Below, in pieces: positions 58,675 to 64,000 of a stretch of DNA of 64,000 bases (positions are counted from its first letter, which is position 1; each line of letters starts with the position of its first letter). The notes under the pieces were generated by a model. That model saw only the letters and a list, made by a program, of their open reading frames with translations, was not told where the DNA came from and searched no databases. Location of the stretch: the NCBI GenBank assembly GCA_963422735.1, contig OY730476.1:2304001-2368000 (forward strand), given 5' to 3'. Both the position numbers and the translations under genes were made by a program. The DNA comes from Candidatus Latescibacterota bacterium. GTDB lineage: Bacteria; Latescibacterota; UBA2968; UBA8231.

Positions 58675-58703
58675 CCGCGCTGCCTTGTTCCGCGCCAAAA
58701 CCC

Positions 58704-59378
58704 ATGGTTCAAGCGATCCTTTTTGATTTTGACCTTACACTAGCGGACTCAACAAAGGGCGTTATTGAGTGCGTCAATTTCGCGCTGGAGCGCTTGAACC
58801 TGCCCCGGGCCGACAACCAGCTCATTAGGCGAACCATTGGCTTGTCGCTAGCGGATACTTTGCTGAATTTGACTGGACGAACAGACGAGCGAAATGTCCG
58901 GTTGTTCACCAGTGCCTTTGTCGAAAGAGCCGATCGGGTTATGGCAGAGTGCACACTTTTGTTTGACAGCGTCCCAGAGACGACTCAGCGCTTGCTCGCA
59001 ATGGGTTTTGCATTGGGCATTGTATCGACGAAGTTCCGCTATCGAATCGAGGAGATCTTGGCGCGGCAAGGGCTGTCCAATCGCTTTGGCGTCATCATTG
59101 GTGGAGAGGATGTCGCCGAGCACAAACCACATCCCGGCGGCCTGATAACTGCCCTATCCAGAATGCAGGTGGATGCCGGCGACGCACTGTACGTTGGCGA
59201 TAGTGTGGTCGATGCATTGACGGCCGAGCGGGCCAAGGTGCCTTTTATTGCATCGCTATCTGGCACTACTAGCAGAACCCAATTCGACGAGTTCGCCAAC
59301 ATTGCGGTCATTGACGACATCTCTGCCTTGCCGCAACTGCTCGGTGCCTGCGCTGCGGACGGGCCGGTTGGGCAGTAG
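58704..59378 (+). CDS. HAD-family hydrolase (phosphoglycolate phosphatase-like)
   Basis: FDFDLTLADS, VSTK, KPHP, YVGDSVVD. Confidence 0.88.
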   Translation: MVQAILFDFDLTLADSTKGVIECVNFALERLNLPRADNQLIRRTIGLSLADTLLNLTGRTDERNVRLFTSAFVERADRVMAECTLLFDSVPETTQRLLAMGFALGIVSTKFRYRIEEILARQGLSNRFGVIIGGEDVAEHKPHPGGLITALSRMQVDAGDALYVGDSVVDALTAERAKVPFIASLSGTTSRTQFDEFANIAVIDDISALPQLLGACAADGPVGQ

Positions 59379-59470
59379 CCCGCACACGCGGCTTCGCCCG
59401 CCTAGTCCGCCCCGTTTGCACCGCCTCAAGTCGGCGTATAGGCACTCGCCTCGGGGCGCACCCGGAATTT

Positions 59471-59495
59471 GTCACGCCTAAAGGCGCGGTGAAGC
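59471..59495. repeat. Stand-alone copy of the 25-bp palindromic unit
   Basis: GTCACGCCTAAAGGCGCGGTGAAGC; its reverse complement matches 48432-48456 at 21/25, with the differences in paired stem positions. Confidence 0.75.
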
Positions 59496-59519
59496 AGACC
59501 GCTTCTAAGAAGGAGTCCC

Positions 59520-59769
59520 ATGAAGCGAACGTACATCGGCTTAATTCACAAGGAGCCGAACAGCGACTACGGCGTGAGTTTCCCGCGTCGCCGCTGGCGG
59601 CACCTTGGAGGAGGCCCGAGAGGCCCTATCACTTCATATCGAGGGCATGGAAATTTCCATGCCCAGTTCTGCTGACTCCGTGGTCGCACACCCGGACGCT
59701 TGCGATGCCATCGCCCTACTCGTTGTTAAAGCTCTGCCGGAGTACGCCCGGGTCCAGGAGTCTCCCTGA
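59520..59769 (+). pseudogene. hicB: HicB antitoxin pseudogene
   Basis: MKRTYIGLIHKEPNSDYGVSFP, then out-of-frame AGGTLEEA and EALSLHIEGM; internal deletions; AAGGAG RBS. Confidence 0.75.
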
Positions 59770-59867
59770 TGCCTTCTAGGCGGCCGGTGAGATGTTTTAT
59801 GGGATGGAATCTACTCATTCTTCTCTTCCTCCCGTCCATTGCTCTCACAACCCAAAGGAGTTCCACC

Positions 59868-60941
59868 ATGAGCGATTATCTCGTCTATATCGGCACTTAT
59901 TCCAGCGGCGACGAGGACGGCATCCACGTCTATCGCCTCGACATGGCCACCGGTGCGCTCGCGCATCAAAGCAGCATTGGCGGCATCGACAACCCTTCCT
60001 TCCTCGGCATTGCTCCCAATCGCCGCTTTCTCTACGCCATTGGCGAGGTGGGCGCGGTGGGCGACCGTCCCGGCGGCGCGGTTGCGGCCTTTGCCCTTGA
60101 CCAGCAAAGCGGGGCCCTCACCCACATCAACACCGAATCAACCGTTGGCTCCGGCCCTTGCCACATCAGCATTGACCGCGCTGGCGAGTACGCGCTGGTC
60201 GCCAACTACGGTGGCGGCAGCGTCGCAATCCTACCGATCCGCGAAGATGGCTCGCTCGGCGCGGCCACGGATTTCGTCCAACACGAGGGTTCTTCGGTCA
60301 ACCGAGGCCGCCAGGAGAGACCACACGCCCACTCGATTATGGTGTCCCCCAACAACAAACACGCCTTTGCCCCAGACTTGGGCATTGACAAGGTGCTCAT
60401 CTACGCCATCGACCACGACGAGGGGAAGCTCTGCACACAAACGCCCGCGGAAATCGCCCCCGGTAGCGGCCCGCGCCACCTCGCCTTCCACCCCGACGGC
60501 CAACGCGCCTACGTCATCAACGAGCTGAGCAACACCATCACGGCTTTCGACTACGACGCCGACGCCGGCACCCTCGCCACCATTCAGACCATCTCGACGC
60601 TGCCCGAAGGCTATACAGAGGTCAGCCACACCGCCGACATCCACGTCCACCCCAATGGCCGCTTCCTCTACGGGTCCAACCGAGGCCACGACTCGATTGC
60701 CGTCTATGCGATTGACCAAGACAACGGCCAACTCGCACTCGTCGAGATCGTGCCGACTGGCGGTGCCAACCCGCGCAACTTCGGCCTCGACCCCACGGGC
60801 ACCTACCTAATCGTTGGCAACCACAGTACCAACGACATCTTCACCTTCAACATCGACCAAGACACCGGCCGGCTCACGCCTACTGGCTACAAGGTGGAAG
60901 TGCCCTCGCCGGTGTGCCACAAGTTCATTCCGGTTTTTTGA
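59868..60941 (+). CDS. pgl: 6-phosphogluconolactonase (cycloisomerase-2 beta-propeller) family
   Basis: YIGTY, NPSFL, VANYGGGS, PHAH, DLGID, GSGPRH, SNRGHDSI, PRNF. Confidence 0.88.
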   Translation: MSDYLVYIGTYSSGDEDGIHVYRLDMATGALAHQSSIGGIDNPSFLGIAPNRRFLYAIGEVGAVGDRPGGAVAAFALDQQSGALTHINTESTVGSGPCHISIDRAGEYALVANYGGGSVAILPIREDGSLGAATDFVQHEGSSVNRGRQERPHAHSIMVSPNNKHAFAPDLGIDKVLIYAIDHDEGKLCTQTPAEIAPGSGPRHLAFHPDGQRAYVINELSNTITAFDYDADAGTLATIQTISTLPEGYTEVSHTADIHVHPNGRFLYGSNRGHDSIAVYAIDQDNGQLALVEIVPTGGANPRNFGLDPTGTYLIVGNHSTNDIFTFNIDQDTGRLTPTGYKVEVPSPVCHKFIPVF

Positions 60942-60949
60942 GGAATAGA

Positions 60950-61000
60950 CGGCAGGGTGTGCAATGCTGCCATCGGGCCGCGTTCTGTACGCCCTGCCGG
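60950..61000. repeat. REP-like hairpin after pgl
   Basis: CGGCAGGGTGTGCA...TGTACGCCCTGCCG stem (with G-T pairs); 5' part repeated at 45226. Confidence 0.6.
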
Positions 61001-61369
61001 TCGCCGCACTTAAAGTAGGAGTAGTGTTGGTTGTGTTCCCTCGCTGCCGATCTCAGTGATGAACAATTGGAAACGGATTCGCCATCTCTTTCCCGAAAAA
61101 CAGCGTTCCCCCAGCTATCCAGGACGTAAACCCGTTCTAGCCCGCTAGATTCCCGAATGAGCATACTGTAGTCGGCGTGTGCAGGGGAACCGTGCGTGGC
61201 CGAACTTGTCGGCAACGAGGCAGCGCGAAGGTGCAGGGGGATAGGCTATTGGAGTTGGGACCCGGCCCCACGCGGAATTTCTAATCGGAGCCGCAGGGGA
61301 AGGCATTTTTCTGCTGCGGCTCTACGAGCAGTCGGGCGAGGAGCGTTATTGGGGCGGCACTGTGCAGTG

Positions 61370-61706
61370 GGACGTTGTCGTTGAGATCCTCGAACAGGCG
61401 AGAGAAAGGATGGCGGGACATGCCCGCATGGCGCAGTTGTTCAACAGGGGGAATTTGGGTGCTGTAAAGGGCACAGAGGAGATGCTCGGACTGGTGAACT
61501 TCACGACCGATTATGAACAGTTTCGCGGAGTCGATTTCATAGTTGAGAACGCGACTGAGAAATGGGACAGAAAAAAGATGTCTATGAGCATCTCGACGCC
61601 GTCTGCCCTGAGCATGTCATATTCGCAGCAAATACTTCAGCTATACCGATTGTGCATATCGCTTCAGCGACGGCGCGGGCGGACAGAGTAGTTGGCATCC
61701 ATTTCT
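61370..61706 (+). pseudogene. 3-hydroxyacyl-CoA dehydrogenase internal fragment
   Basis: VDFIVENATEKWD, frameshift, KKDVYEHLDAVC..IFAANTSAIPI...VVGIHF; both ends missing. Confidence 0.75.
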
Positions 61707-61717
61707 ACGGAGATGGG

Positions 61718-61784
61718 GTAGGGATGCCCCTCGTGGGTGCTTTGGGGATCGAAAAACCCATGCGTTGGAACCCATGTACCCTAC
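61718..61784. repeat. Degenerate GTAG-type REP doublet
   Basis: GTAGGGATGCCCCTCGTGGGTGC ... CCCTAC. Confidence 0.45.
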
Positions 61785-61840
61785 GGACACCCGTTGGGCG
61801 GCCGGGCCGGATGCGTATCCGCCAATTCGTCTGGCTGCGC

Positions 61841-62782
61841 CTAAAGCGGCCCATAGGTGCTAAGGGCCGCGTCGTGGAAGAGTGCCCGGCGTTCATCATC
61901 CGAAAAGCCGGTACTCCATTCGAGGAACTTGGCGTAGAGATAACCGATGCCAATGCCCCGCAGTTTATCGACGGGATAGTTGCTGGCGAACATGCAGCGG
62001 CTACAGCCAAAGCACTCGATCAGTTCGTGGACGACCGCGGCGACTTTGGCCTCTTTGACCGCATCCTCGTGGAAGGCGTCCCGTGCAAACCACGCCATAG
62101 ATAGCTTCATATAGACATTGGGCAATGCGGCCAGCGCGGCCATAGCTTCGCGCCAGAGGTCCTCGTGTGCTTGGTCCTCGCCGTCGTGGAGGAAGCCGAG
62201 GTGGTTGGCGACGACGCGGAGGCCGGGGAAGTCGCGGAAAACCGCGACCGCGTCGGCCACTTGGTGGGGATTACAGGACAGATCGAAGGCGAGGTTGTGG
62301 CGCTCTAGGAGGGCTAAACCAGCGCGGAAGCGGTCGCTCTGCAAAATGCCGTCCTCCACTTGCGGCCAAGTTAGATCGGGATTGTCGGGATGGTGATTGA
62401 GAATCATGCGTACGCCGCGCAGACGGCCCCCAGCGGCCTCTAGGTGTTGTTCAATGGTGCGCTCGGCCGCGGCGATGCCGCGCTCCAGATGTACGTACGC
62501 GACGATGCCAAAGGGCTGTTCGGCCGCGGTTGGTTCGAGTTGGTCGCGCACCCAGCGGGTTTCTTCTACAGTATCGACGGGGATGCCGCCAGCGACTTGG
62601 CCGACGACGGTTTCGACGTGGACGCCGCTGACTCGCCGCAATGCAGGGGGCAGCTCGCTCATGTCTTGGGCGTAATCGGCGGCCCGGTACGCCGGCATGA
62701 CTTCACCGAGGTTGGGGTTGGGCCGCTCGGCTAGGTCCCAGAGATGGAAGTGGGGGTCGCACAGGGGAATGGGGGTCTGCAT
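61841..62782 (-). CDS. Amidohydrolase_2 family (L-fuconolactonase-like)
   Basis: DPHFHLWD, VHVE, LRGVR, NHLG, MKLS, MFASNYPVD. Confidence 0.85.
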   Translation of the reverse strand: MQTPIPLCDPHFHLWDLAERPNPNLGEVMPAYRAADYAQDMSELPPALRRVSGVHVETVVGQVAGGIPVDTVEETRWVRDQLEPTAAEQPFGIVAYVHLERGIAAAERTIEQHLEAAGGRLRGVRMILNHHPDNPDLTWPQVEDGILQSDRFRAGLALLERHNLAFDLSCNPHQVADAVAVFRDFPGLRVVANHLGFLHDGEDQAHEDLWREAMAALAALPNVYMKLSMAWFARDAFHEDAVKEAKVAAVVHELIECFGCSRCMFASNYPVDKLRGIGIGYLYAKFLEWSTGFSDDERRALFHDAALSTYGPL

Positions 62783-62807
62783 GGCGAAAGCCTTTCGCTG
62801 ATAAGGG

Positions 62808-63665
62808 TTAAGCAAACGCCGCCTTCACGGCAGCGGGCAGCGGGCAATGGGGCCCTCGGTGTTGCACTGCGCTGGCACCGGCGGCGCAAGCTAATTCTAC
62901 GGCCTGTTGCGGGTCAGTTTCGAGCAGGGTGCTGGCAGCCAGGACCCCGCTAAAGGCGTCGCCAGCTCCGACCGCATCGACGACGGGCGCGGGTGCAGGC
63001 CGTGCGGCGAACGAGGCCCCCGGAATGTGGAGTTGAGCGCCGTCGCCGCCAAAGGTAATCGCCAGGCAATCCAGCGCATAGCGGGCGAGCAAGTCGGCGG
63101 GTGCGGCGATCTCGGCGATGTCTCGCACGGCCTCCCATTCCTCGTCGTTGAGCTTGACAATGGTCGCCGCTTCGAGGCCAAAGCGCACGGTCTGCGGCGT
63201 ATAGCAGTCCTCGCGCAAATTGACGTCGAAAAATCGATGCCGGGGGTTGGCTGCCAGCAAGTGCTCCAACCCCGGACGATTGGCTGGGCTGCGCTGCGCG
63301 GCTGTGCCATAGTAAATCAAGTCGGGGGGCCGGTCCAACGCCGGCTTGCTTTCGATATAGTCCCAAGCTACACCGGCGCGGATGGTGTAGGAGGGTTGCC
63401 CGTCGTCCAGCAATACATCGACCGTGCCCGTAGGCTCCGACCGGTCGATGACCCATTGCTGATCGATGTCGGCGCGCTGAAGAAAGCCCCGCGCTTGCTG
63501 CCCTAACTCGTCGCAGCCCACGGCACTGACCATGGCCACGGAAAAGCCGAGTTGGCGCAGGTTCGAGGCGAAGTTCAGGGAGGCACCCCCCAAGCAGGTG
63601 CGGTCGGGGAAGCAGTCGTAGAGGATCTCGCCGAAAACAATGGAAGTGAGGTTCGCTTTGTCCAT
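62808..63665 (-). CDS. PfkB family carbohydrate kinase (fructokinase-like)
   Basis: FGEILYD, GGASLN, DVNLR, KLNDEE, DAVGAGDAF. Confidence 0.9.
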   Translation of the reverse strand: MDKANLTSIVFGEILYDCFPDRTCLGGASLNFASNLRQLGFSVAMVSAVGCDELGQQARGFLQRADIDQQWVIDRSEPTGTVDVLLDDGQPSYTIRAGVAWDYIESKPALDRPPDLIYYGTAAQRSPANRPGLEHLLAANPRHRFFDVNLREDCYTPQTVRFGLEAATIVKLNDEEWEAVRDIAEIAAPADLLARYALDCLAITFGGDGAQLHIPGASFAARPAPAPVVDAVGAGDAFSGVLAASTLLETDPQQAVELACAAGASAVQHRGPHCPLPAAVKAAFA

Positions 63666-63671
63666 AGTAAA

Positions 63672-63998
63672 TTACAACGGTGGAAAGAGCACGTAGCCCA
63701 CTGCGCTGCGTTCCAACCAGATTTTGCAGAATTCCTCGAGGTCGTACGCCCGTGCGACCTCGGTGGCCGCGGCCGGATCATTGACCAGCACTGTATCCCC
63801 TGTGCAACCCCGTACGACCAGCAGATGCCCAGACGTCCGCTCAATGGCCGCTTGGCTCAACTCGCCCACCTCGTAGCGGACGGAGGCAATAACGGGAAAA
63901 CCCGCGTCGAGCAGCGTGTGCGCTGCCTCCCAAGAGGGAAAGTGCAATAGATAGCCCAAAAGGCCCCGGCGGGCGGCGGCGTGGATATTGGCCGGCCA
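63672..63998 (-). CDS. Peptidase C39-like protein, 3' part (truncated by window)
   Basis: [30 protein letters not shown]. Confidence 0.7.
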   Translation of the reverse strand, partial: WPANIHAAARRGLLGYLLHFPSWEAAHTLLDAGFPVIASVRYEVGELSQAAIERTSGHLLVVRGCTGDTVLVNDPAAATEVARAYDLEEFCKIWLERSAVGYVLFPPL

Positions 63999-64000
63999 CA

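Noticed and set aside
60925-61215. 96-aa minus-strand ORF as a real gene
   Set aside because: No recognisable motif or RBS, and it overlaps a REP-like hairpin and the pgl end.
1-64000. Many long antisense or alternate-frame ORFs (e.g. 18515..19801, 9144..10034, 26953..27975, 25260..26174)
   Set aside because: They overlap well-supported genes and lack motifs; expected shadows in GC-rich DNA.
1-64000. CRISPR array, tRNA, rRNA, prophage
   Set aside because: No regularly spaced repeat-spacer array, cloverleaf, rRNA signature, or phage or cas gene was seen by eye.

Overview
GC-rich bacterial DNA. The gene content resembles Ca. Latescibacterota or related FCB/Gemmatimonadota lineages (inference only). 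No rRNA, tRNA, CRISPR array, prophage or reverse transcriptase was seen. The dominant feature is an apparently uncharacterised cell-envelope system. It comprises four paralogous ~880-1040 aa exported proteins with an Asp-rich Ca-binding-like insert and a beta-barrel-like C-terminus (three in tandem), a ~1080 aa TPR protein, DUF5683-like, FN3-like and DUF4159 proteins, a lipoprotein, a CsgG/FlgT-like protein and ExbB-ExbD-ExbD without a canonical TonB. Seven secreted discoidin/Ig proteins that all end in an FlgD-like 'TPNGDG.ND' domain with a terminal Tyr are candidate cargo. The DUF4159-lipoprotein-CsgG-ExbB module occurs twice in inverted orientation with complementary decay, so exactly one intact copy of each gene remains. 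The rest is catabolic genes (sulfatase, GH13, DUF1080, Gfo/Idh/MocA, PLP lyase with TauE and PhyH, lactonase, amidohydrolase, PfkB), IS remnants, deletion scars and nested REP-like palindromes. One of these is a 25-bp covarying hairpin found inside the loops of other hairpins. All family assignments come from motif recognition by eye; no searches were run.
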